A stretch of 64,000 nt of DNA from Marsupella aquatica (GCA_973895155.1 OZ316892.1:27366307-27430306), one strand, 5' to 3'; numbered from the stretch's first letter, positions 36,820 through 50,854 are shown. Made by a program: numbers and translations. Notes: a model not told the origin generated them from the letters alone.

Positions 36820-37974
36820 TAGTCATACAGAAGTGCGAACTACTAGCAATTGCTGACGATAACTGAAACTCTGCATTGCATTTTGCATAGACTTCATCCA
36901 GAACGAGTGTAGTCACAGTCACCGAGGGTCATACTGACGAAAGAACTCCTCAGTTCCGATAACTCCACACGCAATCCCATCCACACCTAAGACAATTTAT
37001 GTAGGAAGCGAGGCAAAGCCGAGGCCCAGTACACCACGAGTCTCCTGAAAAGCATACAAATCTGCATCGTTTAAACTCTAAACTTGTTGCAACGTATCTT
37101 AACCCAGTACTTCGTATAACGAGATTCACTCTTGGGCAACTGAATTTGGGGGCATTAGCCCTTGGACCCCCTTGTGCAAGAAAACTATTGGGAACAGAAT
37201 TGTATGACTACCAATATTATTTGCAATGTGAAATACGTCCCCTTTTGAACAATAAATTTGCAACAAATTAAAATCACTAAAACTTCAGTAAAATTAATCA
37301 CTATCATACACATGTTCCAACTCATTCATCTTCAAAATAAATTTTGTAAATTGAACTTAAGCAATCAATTTTCCCGATACATATCAGAATGTTACAGCAC
37401 GGAAACGGAGGCCCCTCTTTCACCTAGCTTCACCGAGGAGCCTGACATTACTAGCTGATTCTAAAACAATGATGTAAAATCTTAAAATGTTAATATCAAT
37501 TTTCCTCCAGCGGACAGAAGATACTCGAGATCGAAACCAAAGAATTGACAAGGAGATAACAATCCTCCACTCCCCGGCGGTAATAGTATGAGAACTGGTC
37601 AGCTGACGAAATGGCATCACGCTGAACCCATTTTAGATCATTTTTCCACACAATCGTGGTTTCTCGCTAGAGTACAAGCCACAAAGAATGTAATCGAGTC
37701 ACTCCACGACCCATTGTAAGGGTGAGGGAGGTTTGCAATTCGAATCCTGAGAATCTATTTAGATCGATTAAGCGATTCATCCAAATTGGTACAGGTGCTG
37801 GATGACCACATGAATGCCATCGTTTCGTTATCCCGCTTGGTTTGTTAGTAAGGGAGCCCCAAGTGACCCAGCGTCATATCCAGACCCTCTCGTCTCACTG
37901 GAAGGTGTCCCCTACACAAAACCGGTGTACAGCTAAGTTGATCTCACGAGGGCCAAGTTTTTATAAGAGATGGT

Positions 37975-40900
37975 TTACGAGAGGGGATTCTTGGCACAGG
38001 AGGTGAAGTAATCGAAGGGAACGTCAAAGTATTGACCGGTCAAGATTTTCTCAGTGATGTATCTGTTGGCTGCCTCAGTCGTATAGAAGCCATCCCAGTA
38101 CAAATGTGAGCTGGGGCTGGAACAACTCGTAGCCTGCATGGGAGTGGGAGGATCGGTCGTAATATCAACCCCAGGAGGACCGCATGGTACTAATCTGTTG
38201 ACGTTGTAAGGAGATGAAGGCACTCCACAGCAAGCGACATTAGTGGAAGTGAATCCTGCCACGTGAACGCAATTTGTCTCAGTGAAAGGACGCAATCTCC
38301 CAAAACTTGAATGGAGCTTAAATCAAGGGACTACAATGTATACCTAGTAGCAAGTTCTGGTCTAAACAATAGAGAATTATTACCCAAATTAACTAATAGG
38401 AACATTCGGTACTCTGCCTGAAAAACTGTCTTAGGAAACTATTTTTGATGCCTCGCTGATCCCCAGACCAACTTCGACTTGCCCAACAACGATCAAAACG
38501 TTAGCTAAAATCGCAGGGAGAGATTGAAGCCGGATTTCAAGCCAACGCAAACACAATGCGGACTGAAGAAAGCGAGTGAGAAAGATCCACAGATTGATTC
38601 ATACCAGATTCACCATCATTTATTAGGTCGATGGTAATGTTATAAAGGGACAGGTAGACCATATTTGCTTTGCTTGAAGAACGCCAAGATTTTACACGCC
38701 TCTGCAGTTTCTTGTTGAATTTCTGGACAAGGGCATTCACAGCAATCAGACACCCCCTCTGATCTAGATCCGCCTCCGTATGGGGAAGCAAGGTGAGAAG
38801 GAACGGTTGGCATCCAAGGGGCTCCACATCAAAGATTATGACGTTGTTCCCTACATCGTACCTGGCAAAAGTCTGCAGTCACAAAAACAGAGTCTTCAGG
38901 TCCTGCTTGTCCCAAAAATCTGGATATCGATAACACGTAGACAACATATTTCGAAATATTAAAACGCACGACGCAATGACTCCACCGGGGCCCGAATAGA
39001 ATGTGGAGCTCAACGTGCACACTTCCAGCCAAGTACCGATCAGGATAAAAAGTGAGTACTCTTAAACCGAGGTCAGGTTTGCTGAGACGAACAAGCATTC
39101 GTTTGAAGTTGGAGAGCGAGCGGAATGGAACAGTACTTTGCTGACCTGATCCAAGTTCTCAGACCTGAATGTTTCTTAGACCTGGGGGAGAGATAGGCAT
39201 TATGCAGTACATCGCAGGTATCAATTCTCATCCCAGTAAAAGATCTGCTGAAGGTCCAGCATTGCTTAAAGTTGGATAGACTAGAAGGATGGAAGAGTCC
39301 AACGACCCCTTGTTCATGTTGCGCAGAAAAGTAAGCAAGTACACACTACCGATTCCCTGAGTGAGATAGAAAATGGTTGAGCAACTAGGTCCGTAAGCAC
39401 AGAATCACCGAATAGGCATTAGTGGCGCAACAGATTCCAGGGAAAATAATCCACGGTCATCCACAGCATTGGACAATGGATCTAGTCAAAAGACGCGATC
39501 ACAGGAGATAAGACAACGGACAGTAAGGTGGGGCAAAGAATCTCACCTTGACAGCAACGTCGTACTTAGACATCAGATCTGAAAATTTGCTCTCAATGTG
39601 CCCTGCGGTATAATTCATGTTGTAGAAGTTCACGATGTCGTGTCGTCCCATACCCACCAGGTACAAGCCGTTGCTGAAATTGTCATAGGGAGGAAGACGT
39701 GCCTTGGCGTGGTCACCTGCACAAAATGTACACAAGACTCAAAACTAGTGACCCAAATCGGCATGTAGACTATCCAAACACCTGCTCCAAATTGAATTGA
39801 ATTGTGTCTCTGCCTCCTAAGCTTGTACTAAGCTGGCTGAAGATATCAAATGGGGATTCCCCACCCACAGCTCACTGACTCTTTACCGGTTAAGATCTCA
39901 ATTTGCTACACAATATCCATCACATCCACAAAGATGCACAAATCACATGACAAGGCCTGGACACTGTAAAATGGTAACAAGCATGCCCGCTAGGCTAATC
40001 TGCGGAAAGAATTTGAGGGCACCTTCTTCGACAGTTGTTGATTTTTCCACATTGTTCGTCTCCCCTTCCTGCAGAGCTCTCTTTGTGTTTGGAATGGTCT
40101 TAGAGGCATGGACTAAGCTTGTCGTGGACTTGAATTCCTCAAATTGCTTAATTTGCATTGGAAGGGAGAAGGGATTCAGAAACATGAAGGGTCCTGCTGT
40201 CTGTCCCGTTGACACTTTGCCTATGGTGGAGAACGCCGAACCAAAGCTTACTCCTTTTGAAAAATCGGATGACACTGTCTGGGCATAGGAAGGAACCCTT
40301 GGGAGCCCAACCGCTTCACCTGCAAAGACGACATGCAAAGATGGACGTCAGTCCAACCCAATCCCAAAATCAAACTACGGCGGCCTCCTCCCTGGACGAC
40401 TCCATCGTCTGCTATTTCTAGTTGCAATTCGTGAATTCACGAACTTTGACGTACCGACTTGGAAAACAAAACTTCAGCCACACGGATCTCAACGAAAACA
40501 GTGCTTCGCTGAAGAAACAAGTATGTTGTAGTAGTTCTTGAACAGAATTGAGGCAATGATGACCACTAGCATCCAGTTATATGGAACTTGATTGTAGTAT
40601 GATACATCCGAGGCCCGAACAGCGTGTTTGACAGGCATTGGACTCTCTAGGGTACGATTAGCCGCTGACTCCAGATCCCAGCGAAGCAAGGGACAGAGAT
40701 ATGTCAACAAACTTGTTGTCAAACAATAATATCTGCAATGCAATCCAGCTGAAGATCTAAACAAGCAATATGAAGACTATGTTTAAGCAACCGGACTGCG
40801 TTGGACATTGTTCAAAGTCAGGCATCAGGACAGGGAGAACCAGGACAGGGGACATCCTCATCACCGTAGAGAAAGTCAAGTTCATGATGTGATAGAAGGA

Positions 40901-41573
40901 TGCAGGCTAATGAGTTCTAGTCTCTGAAATTTCACCAGAATTTATCTCGAATCTCGTGAAGCCCAACTGAGGGGACAGGACAGTGCACAACTACTAGAAG
41001 TAAAAATCCCACGGATCCTCCTCATCTCCTGACCCAAATTGGCTACAAATAGAAAATCTAATGCTACGCATATACTGCATTTACATTCAGGCTGAAGAGT
41101 GACTCCCATCTTCGTGATCTAACTCAAATCCACAAGAAGTATTTTGACCGTAACTTTCGCAATGGAATGCAAAAGCCGCAGATCAGAGAATGTAGGAGGT
41201 CAATTCTGTCATGAGCTCTGTTCCTTCAGTTTCCACAGAGTGAGCGGAAGCATAAGCAGAAAATTGACGTCAGGGCAGACACAGGCGCAAATGGAGAAGG
41301 TGTGGCTGTAGAATTGTACTCACAGAGGAAGTCCAGGACAAGGCGTCCGTCACTGAAACGACCGGAGGGCTTTCCAAAGTAGGAGCTGCCATAGGGGGCG
41401 TAATCATAATTCAGGAGGCTGGGGAAAGTAGCTGAAATGCTCCCCGTGTCAAATAGACCATCACCGAACGCGAACACAGATCTGAAACACTCGTTTGCTT
41501 CCACAGTGGGGCTGCTGAACAATGCATACTGCACCAAGACTAGCCCTATCAAACAGCGCAACTTCCTCATCAT
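37975..41573 (-). CDS. GDSL/SGNH esterase-lipase family protein with substituted catalytic residues; 5 exons
   Basis: Exons 41573-41324, 40319-40023, 39716-39547, 38872-38605, 38255-37975 (GT-AG, phases consistent). Signal-peptide-like N-terminus, VFAFGDGLFDTG, PYG..GRFSDGRL, PLGCQP, ACCG, LYWDGFYTTEAAN. Confidence 0.9.
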
Positions 41574-42281
41574 TCCTTTCTTTTTCTTCCCTTTCCTTTC
41601 CTTTCCTCTGGTCTTCGTCAGCAGTCCTCTGAAACTTGCTGATCTATTCCACACCCATTCGAAATCAGTACGAAGAAACCTGTTGGCGAACGAAATGAGT
41701 CGATTTTCGTAGGAAGTGAAATCTTCTCGACCTCAGAGATCAAATGACCAATTCACTGAAAAGAATCAAAACAAAGCACAATGTAGTATACGCAAAGGAG
41801 GTCCGAGAGGACAAAAAAACGTAACCTCAGGGGATGCTTTTGCTTTCCTACAGTACTGAACTGAGGCAGATCTGTGTTTCTCTCGACAAACTCCGACAGC
41901 TTCTCCTAATGAGTACCGAAGTACCTTGACAAGAGATCCTCCGATGTAAAGGTGGATGGGAGCTTCGGATTCACCAACTGAAAGAGACTAGCTCCGATTC
42001 CCGTCGTTGCAATGGCGGCCGAGCGATCCACCAGGATGTAGACGGCCAAAAGCGTCAGTCCGGTTCTGCCCGAGGGGAACGAAGCATGGGCAGGGACCAA
42101 CAAAAGCTCAGGCCTGGGCAGTGGTCTGCTGCCCGTCTGCCCGTCTGCCCGTCTCGAAAAAGGTAGAGAACAGCCCTGACCGGGTGCCCGACGCGCCAAG
42201 CAGCCCGAGATATGTGGTGGGTCCGGGATCTGGGAATGCTTGCGTGGATGACACCAGCACAGCATGAAGGCCTAACGTTTA

Positions 42282-42408
42282 GGGCCCGTAAAATCGGTGC
42301 ACGCCCTAAAATTGATAAGTAGGGTAACCCTTGCCTAGAGGTATTATGGGCTGTAGTTCTAAAATTGATATGTAGGGTAACCCATGCCAGTGTATTTTTT
42401 ACGGGCCC
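42282..42408. mobile_element. Small MITE-like element with 12-bp terminal inverted repeats
   Basis: GGGCCCGTAAAA (42282-42293) and TTTTACGGGCCC (42397-42408). The internal ~51-bp unit (TAAAATTGAT..GTAGGGTAACCC.TGCCTAGAGGTATTATGGGCTGTAGT) recurs at ~43410-43500. Confidence 0.55.
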
Positions 42409-45163
42409 CATTAGAGGTTCTTTTCAAAATTCTTGGCTCCACAGCGTGCCACCTCATCATGACACGCCGCAAACAGGAAGAGACTTGTTTTTGGATAAAA
42501 TTAACTTATACATTCGTGTTTGTGATAACTTCTGTAAAAATTGGGATGCCATGCCGTAAAAAGAATGTAAAAAAATTGAGGTAAAACTGCTCTCAGTAAC
42601 GGTTTTATTTTCATTTTGATTTTATTCAAAACATAAAATTTTCCCGACAACAATTTTTGATTTGACATTGTTGAGTCAAATCATAATAAAAACTCACGTA
42701 TAATATGACATTGGAAAGATCTTGAAGAGACGATCCTGATGAGCTCAACATTGTCACCATTCGATAAGAATTGAGGAAGTAATTTTGAAAAATAGATTTT
42801 TACCCATGATTTCATAATCTCTAACGTGAATAGAAATCTTTGTTGTACAACCCCTGAAATGTTGACCCCTTTCATGAGAATGAAACTAAAATTAACAGAT
42901 TTTATCGAGTATTAAGGAGATTATGAATTTTAGAATTTATTTAACTTTTTAATGAACTTAACATTGATAGATTTAGTTCTAAAAGCTGGTTTTGTATCTG
43001 ATCTTAATTATGGTTGCATTGGTAAGTTTGGCAACTATTTCAAGTGTCAAACATTGACTTGTCCATTTTTGAATTTTTTTTCTTTAGATTAGGAGGTCCA
43101 TCTAGGCTTCAGTTTCTAGAATAACATGGGGGTCCATGGATTAATTAAGGTTTTTACTTTTTGGCTGGAGTGGGGAATGTCCTGTGTGTAAAGGAGAAGA
43201 TGCTCAAAATATTTCTTATTTGATTATTTTCCTGACCTTCAGATCTCCCTGGATTTAAGGATAACCATTAGATTCTGGCTAATGGGACCTGTGATTAGGT
43301 GGAACACTATTGAGACAGAAAAAATACTAGCTAATTTTTGCCAAAATGGCAAAAGCTTTTTGGGGAGGTGGAATTTTGCAAATTTCTGCCACTAAAAAAA
43401 AGGCTGACTCATGCCTAGAGGTAATATGGGCTGTAGTCCTTCAATTCTAAAATTGATGTGTAGGGTAACCTATGCCTGGAGGTATTATGGGCTGTAGTCC
43501 TGGAGTGTATCCTAAAGGGTAGTGCTAATTGCACATCAACCAGCCAAAGCCGGATAAGGAGGAACAACAGTCAATGATATAAAGATACATGGGGTTTGTT
43601 GTGGTATAGAAATTAGCACATCAAAAAAGGGGGTTTGTTGTGGTATAGCACATCAAAAATGGGGTATGCTTGTTGGGACCTTTAATGTGGAGCAAGCTCT
43701 ACACTGATGTGGATCCTGGAAATGTGCAGATGTACAACCTCATGTCTTCAACTTTTGTGCACGATGGCAGAGTTTCCCAAGAGCACGGTCGTATCCAGAA
43801 GGTTGTAATCCCCTAAGGGTGGTGGCCCGATAGGGTTATACTCATGGCCCTCAAACAGGCCATAGCAAGCATAGCCACCATACTCTCTTTTGCCATAAAG
43901 TTTTGCATTTAATTTGAGACTTGCAAGGCCGGCCAAGGACTATTAGACTTTGGAACCCCCTCACTGGCCAGTCTGGCAAGGGGGTTATGGGTGGGGATCG
44001 ACCAGTCCTCTCCTTAAGGAGAAAATAGGGGATTACAAATTAAATAAAGAGAGAGGCATGGTTGTGTGGTAGCTCACTTGAGTTGAGACTCATTGTCTAG
44101 TGTTGAAATGGTGTGATTGATTGTTCCCTTTATGTGGGGTTTCACAGATTTCCCCTTAATAAAAAATGATAACATGAATGACAAATTCAATAAATGGAAC
44201 AACAAGTAAAACGTAAAACAGGTAAAAAGGAAGCTTGCATGGGCCACAACACTTGACAAACAGCTCAGATAGACCACTCAACCTTTTTTTAAATGTCACT
44301 TTTTAGATCTCAAAAGTGTTCATCAGAGTTGCAAAGTTGTCTATCTGAGCATTGATTTGACCCTTTATCCCTGGCAGCAAGAACAGGCAGGTTACGAGTG
44401 CAAGATAGTAATCCCCATTTCCACAGACTGGAGCAGCCCTTTTGTTTGTAGGTGAGTTGCTGCCTAAATTCTACCTAGACAATGCTCAGGCTACTTAATA
44501 CAAAAAAAAAAGATTTCCCCTCAATTTTTCAAACCCCTTTTTCTAGCTGAGACGCTTCATTGCCAAGCCTAACAAATGGATTTTGTTGAAATCTAGAGAA
44601 TTGAACAGTTCACATTCATGTCTCACAAAAATATCACAATTTCCCAAGGAAAAAAGGTCAGAAATGGGAGCCTAGATGGACATCCACATTTGCCAAAAAT
44701 GCTCTAATTGACTTTCACAACCAGGATGGATGGCAACAAAATCCTATTTTCTTGTTCACTTGGATGATACTTGTCACACGAAGAGTGAAATGTGATAGAA
44801 AACAAGACAGACATTTTTGGAACTCTTAGAGACTCTCACAATTCTCAATGAAAGTTGACTATTAATAGTATAATTGTTCTAAAACCCAAAGATATTGACT
44901 GTTCCCTACCAAGGAAGGAATTGAAGGTCAGATTTTACTGATAAAAATTGTCACAAAGTGGGAAGAGTGTATTGTAGTCTTTGAAAATCCATAGCTCTTG
45001 TAAAACTCTATGAAAGTTGGTGATATTTAACTTGATGAAAATAATTTTCTAAGCTGATTTTAGTGAAACCAAAACTGCTGACTCCTCTTCATATGGAGGG
45101 AGAAATTGAAGATAGGGGTGATGATAGAAAGCTTTAGAAAGCAAAAAGAGTGTGAGCAAGTGA

Positions 45164-45340
45164 GTGTAAAGGGTGTCATGGTCCATGGGGATTGTATGGT
45201 TCACAAGCTTGATACATGGGGATATAAGTTCAAGAAACTTGTCATTACACTCCCAAATGCATGAAAAAGAAAAGGCAGCAATGATGCTCCCATGGACAGT
45301 TTGAAACCACAGAACCCATGGACCATGACACCATTTACAC
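45164..45340. repeat. 26-bp inverted repeat (1 mismatch), ~125-nt spacer
   Basis: GTGTAAAGGGTGTCATGGTCCATGGG (45164-45189) vs CCCATGGACCATGACACCATTTACAC (45315-45340). Confidence 0.8.
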
Positions 45341-48300
45341 CTTCACTCATTAAAGTTTTTAGCTTCCACCATACTTGGAATATAAGAGTAAGACATGGTT
45401 GGGTTGCACTGATCAGAATGCAGTTATACACGCTACACTTATACAAGGTTCAACGTATATTTAATGACAATGTACTCTTTAATGACAATGTACTCAAACT
45501 GTAGAATAATTATGTAATTCACAGCAAGAGCGTGCAGCCCTAGTCGTCGCATCCTGACAAAAAGTAGCATCCTGCCGTCAGCCCAATGTACATTTGTACG
45601 TCTCGTTTTATTTCCCTGCCCGGCTGCCCGTAACCTAAACTCTCGTACGAGATCCACGATATTCCTTTTTTATATCTCTACCCGTAAATTCACTGTTGTA
45701 CGAGATTCCTTCTGAGCTCGATCTGTCGACTGTGGCCCGTTGGGAGTGATGCCCGAGGTCAGAGCCTCACACTGCCCGCAGCACTCTGCCCGCGCAAGAC
45801 GCTAGCGAGCGGTGGAGATGCTGTAGATTGACTTTTACGAGACATCTTGATCGTACGTTGTGTCTCTCATGACTCCTGAATAGTCTCGGGCATGCTGCAT
45901 GCATGACGGCCATGCGTTTGTCATGACGCGCTAGGTCCCCGGCTCCCCGGCCTCGTGCGGTCGCACTGTCCTGTACACTCTCATCGTACAGTAGTAGGAG
46001 AGCGCATGCCCTAAGCGAAAAGTTCGTTAATAAAGTTTTCGTTTCAAGCCATAACGAAAACCCCATCAATGATTTACGTAGACTTTAGAAAAAATTCGGC
46101 GTCATTACCATTTAGATGATTTAGTGCTCTGGTTTTTGTCATTTTGGGCACGGGGTCACTTGAAAGTCATTTATGATCATTTTGCCCGCTGACCAATGGC
46201 TGTGGCCCAACGAAATGAAGAAGATAAACCCTAAGAATCAGGCGTCCATTTATATCTAGCAGGCTATAGTGCACTGATAGAGCATTTGTGGGAAGGTGGA
46301 GGTAGAGGGTTTGGGTGTAGGGTGTTTTCTCCATTAACCCCACCCAGAGGAAATATTTGACACTTATGCTGATGGCAGACTGAGTATTGCAGGCAGGGTG
46401 AGTTTCTAAAGTGGCTAGATGAGTTTAAATGTTCAAACCTCTATTTACGCTCAAAGAACATGCACTCAGGCTAATCTATCTCTATATATACTACAATTGT
46501 TTCTACCTTTACTACCTGCTCAGAGTGACATTGTAGGAGAAATATTTTTATGTTTAGAATATGCTTATGAGTAGTAAAAGGCCTGGGGAGTCCTTGCTGT
46601 GCATAGGATGGGTACGACTAGTATTGTTATTATTGAAATCAGGGTCTTGCTGTAAAAAGTGTTGTAGTTGCAAGCTGAACTTCAAAGAAGTGAATTGGAT
46701 ACTAGCGTCTGATTAATAGCAGAAAGATATAACTCCTATACTTGCATGGGATGCCATGACCACCTTGCCTCAATTGAGAAGAACAACAATCGTTCCGCTG
46801 CAATATATTGGGACCCAGCTCAGAATCATAGGCCTTTCCAAGTCAATTTCCGTGCACATTGTTTTAGCAAGCAAATAGGAATTTTTGCTAGTGAACTAGA
46901 GTATGGCTAGCAAGTCACAACCATGGTTGTTTTTGCCTGGCTCTTGATTTTGGCTGACTCCATATTGCCTAAGGATAATTCCACAAATTGGACCAAAAGA
47001 AAAAGGACAAAATCTAAGATATATGCCACCAAGTTTTATTTAGGATTTTTTCTTCATATGAGAAAAGTATTTTTTCTCATATGATTTATGTTTTCCTGGC
47101 AACAGGAAGGAATTCCAAATTTCCTGTTTGCTCGCGGAGTAATGATGCTGCATCATTACCCAACTGCAATCCAGGGTTGAGGATATTTGACAGACTCCTA
47201 TTAGATGTCACCCAACCACTAGTTTTACCAGGCACCTGCTGGGCTACTCCTGGCTGCTGCATGAAACGTACTATAAAGTATTTTCCGGGGTTTACTGCCT
47301 GCCAAATCACCAGAAATTGATAGCCTTGGTGGAATCAAAGGTCTTTTGTTAGGCTCCCCACTGTCCGGAATCTATGGCTGTTAGGCTACCCATTACCCTG
47401 AATCTATGGGTCTTTTGGTTGGATGGGATGCAAACAGAGCACCAAGCTTTGAAAGCTGACTTAAAAACTATGGGAACTATGGCATCGAACAGATTGACGA
47501 TATCAATTATTCTGACTGCAGTACTTGTTTGCATGTTGCAAGCTCATACACAGTTTTTTACTTTTGCTTTTAGGTGAGTGGGATGACCACACAGTTAGAA
47601 AGGTAATTAATGAGATCACCTGACATGTTCCAGGAATATAAATTCCAGTATCTCTTGGCCCAAAATGTGGATACCACCATTTCCCTTCATAAACTATACA
47701 TGAAACAATTTGAAGAAGCTAAAGCAAAGAACAAGGTGCACAAAGTAATTTTAAAGTTTTTTCTTCTTTGGTGGCAAAGTCTTAATTAAGGAGAAGCTAC
47801 TACCAATATTACTTAACAAGATATATTTCTGACAATTATATCCCCCTAGATTTTAGTGATAAAAGTTAGATTCTGGCTAATGGCGTCTCTGGGTCAGGTG
47901 GGAAACTGGCCAGTCTAAAACAAAAACCTGACAAATTTTAGCTATTTAAAAGAATGCTGGAATGGAGCTTCCTTCCTTGTGCATGGGCCCCCCATGCAAG
48001 AAAGTCTCCCAACGAGATAAAGTTTAGTTCAATAACAACATGTAAAGTGTACTTCTTTTGAGGCTTTTAAGGGGACTACCAACCAAAGTTTTCAATGGGC
48101 TCTTTAAGGAGGGAAAAAAGGACTACTCCAAAAAGGTTTTTACCCATCACTAGTTGCATATATGCCTTCCTGTCATGGGTTTGACATGCCCTCCCGGAAT
48201 TTTTAAAAATTAGTAAACAGCGTTTTCCCAGGATGGGAAGGCCACGCCCTCTTGTGTTATACCATTTTCGATTTTTTTTCCTTAATTTGTTGGAAAGGAG

Positions 48301-49627
48301 ACAAAAATAGAAAACCATTAATCTACAATATATAATTCACTATTGAAGTCTATCATTCATGATCTACTCAGTGGGAGTGAAAGCCACAGACCCTAATGTC
48401 TTTGGGAATATAAATACTGCGATAAATATTTGATATTTAGACTATGCTTCTGAGTAGGGAGGGCATGGACAACACAAACTGTGCATATCATGGGTATTTG
48501 AGCTAGACTATCCCAAATCTTGGTTTACCATGGGCAGCCCCTCACAGAATTTGTCTTAGTGACATGGTACCTGTGCAAAGCAAAACTAGTGTATTCATGC
48601 CAGTTTAAATAATACCTAGGCTGAATGTCAGAGAGAATAGATGGTGCCCCTTTCAAGTTTCACTCCCAATAACAGATGTGCCTTACAGTCACGTCTTGAG
48701 GCAGGCATCACTTAAAACCATAGGCCCTTAGCGCATCTCCAATGGTGGGAACGAGCCTCTAGCTACTGAAGAGCATATAGTGGCTAATTTTGGAGGGATG
48801 GCTTCCCATCGGTGGCCCCTATCTCTAAATAAATGGCAACCAGCCATTTCTTTCACAACCCTAGCTGCCATGTTTGGTAGGAACAACAGTTGGGAGAGAT
48901 CATGGCTATGCTTGAGATTTTGAATCTGGGTATGCCAATACCTCACGTACTTTGGAGCGGAGAGAGGTCAAAATAATGGGAGAACCTTGGGTAAAACCTA
49001 TGCTGACAGAATCTAGATGTATTGTGTAGGTACATCTCTCCATACCATGATAAACCTCATTATTTTCTTTAAATCAATGGTGCATACCTTATATTACCAA
49101 ATTTTGATGTGTGATTATTGGCAGGGAGATGGAAGCCTAGCTAGTTTATGGCCTCCAAATGATAGACTAAATTTAGCACTCATTCATCCATGAATCATTG
49201 GAGATCTCTATCTTACCTTTTGATCCCATAGTGTACACCCCAAAACTAGGGATACTAGTAGGGGATCTCCAATATAGACCAATTTTTCTCTTCCAGGGAA
49301 CAAGGTTAGTGCTCAGAACATAGCCTATGGGTGAGTTTAATTGGTGAAGAGACTCTTTCTAGTTCATTTTGTCAAGTCCCATGACAGCCAGGTTGTGGTG
49401 GGTGAACTGGCCATCTGTAAACCAAGGAATTCTGAGAATTCTGGGACAAAAGTGTGCAGGCTAGGCTCAAGACATGTTAAAACGTTTTTCGGTAGGGTAC
49501 TTCCAAAATTTAAACCCAGACTGCACTGAGACTTTCTATATTTGAGACCCCCTAAGAATATGATACGTAGTCAATAGTCTTGGCAACTGCACATCAAAGT
49601 ATGATATACATGGTGTGAGGCATCCCT

Positions 49628-49755
49628 CCATATCATAATAAACTTGTTATTGTCTTAAAATGAGTAAACACCTTATATTACCACATATTGATCCATATCA
49701 TGATAAACCTGTTATTGTCTTGAAATGAATACACACCTTATATTACCACATCATT
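49628..49755. repeat. Two-copy ~64-bp direct repeat (third degenerate copy ~49040-49120)
   Basis: CCATATCAT.ATAAAC.TGTTATTGTCTT.AAATGA.TA.ACACCTTATATTACCACAT occurs twice. Confidence 0.75.
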
Positions 49756-49974
49756 TTGATATGTGATTATAGACAAGGCTAATCTACCCTCTAATGATAT
49801 GATACCTAGTCTGCTAATCGACCATCTAATGATATGATAGCTAGTGTGGTGCATCCTAGGGTACAATGATAATGTAATATAGTGATCCGAGCCTAGACTG
49901 CAGAGCCCTGGAATCCGGGAGTGGTGAAGTCTTGCGGGTGGGCCCCTATGGCAGACTCGTGCCCGGATCAGTGG

Positions 49975-50240
49975 GCCCCTGCCCGACTCCAAGTAAGAGT
50001 ACCTGCCCCGTTCTGGCGGACACTTGCCCGGAAACTGTAGTGTGGGCCTTTCTGAGCTTCCAAGTCGGGCAGCACCCGGGCAGCGGATCTGGATCTTCTG
50101 TAGCATACTATTTTGGGCCTGCCCGAGCTTCGAACCCGGGCAGCACGCGGGCAGCGGATCTGGATCTGCTGTCGCGGACTATTAGGCCCTGCCCAACTTC
50201 AAACGCGGGCAGTACGCGGGCAGCGGACTCCTGCCCGCCT
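49975..50240. repeat. GC-rich ~70-bp tandem repeat built from CTGCCC/GGGCAG motifs
   Basis: GGGCAGCAC.CGGGCAGCGGATCTGGATCT at ~50068, ~50138 and a variant at ~50208; CCTGCCC motifs precede each unit at varying distance. Confidence 0.8.
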
Positions 50241-50854
50241 TGCTTGTTTTGAACGCTGCCCCTGTGTGGCTGCGGATCGGACGGATGTATTGCAAAATAA
50301 TTCAGCTCTGGATCTCTCGGATGGCTGGGGAAGCATGGGCCAAGCAAAGGATGCATCGAGTCCACCCCTCTGACTGCCTGCCCCTGTCCATAGGTCTGGA
50401 GGATTCCCAGAATTAGTCGGTGTCTCCTAGAGATCGAGATCCCTCTCTATCGTAGCTGAAGCTCCGAGATTGTCCATCAGTCCTGAACAAAAGCCATCTG
50501 CTTGTTGACCACGTCTTGTGGGGTGGAAATTGGATGCGATTCAGTGATCGAGCTCGAGGACTGTGAGTCTCATCACGCAGGCAAGATCCACTCTTTGTCT
50601 GTCCGCCTGCAGAAATTCCGCTCTGGTGTGATCCCCGGTTTGAGGCAAAGCGAAGAAATTGAGTTGTTGGAACTGATGAATTGACCCACTGTCCCACTGT
50701 AGTATGCTCCTGACGAAGAGTGTTCACTTTCGGTGGAGTCAGGCGGAAGGGTGGGAAATGATGAAGGTTTTACAGCAGTAGATCCATATTCGATCCGTCC
50801 GAGAAGGAGATTCACGAGGTGATCTGGCAAAAAGCTGCCGACTGGCCTGGAAGG

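Noticed and set aside
36806-36826. TGACGGAAGAGAATAGTCAT resembling miR156 (TGACAGAAGAGAGTGAGCAC)
   Set aside because: Only the 5' half is similar and the 3' half lies outside the paired stem; not a miR156 locus.
46900-47760. Possible transposase or gene remnant
   Set aside because: Multiple stops in all frames and no motif I can identify; cannot be supported without a search.
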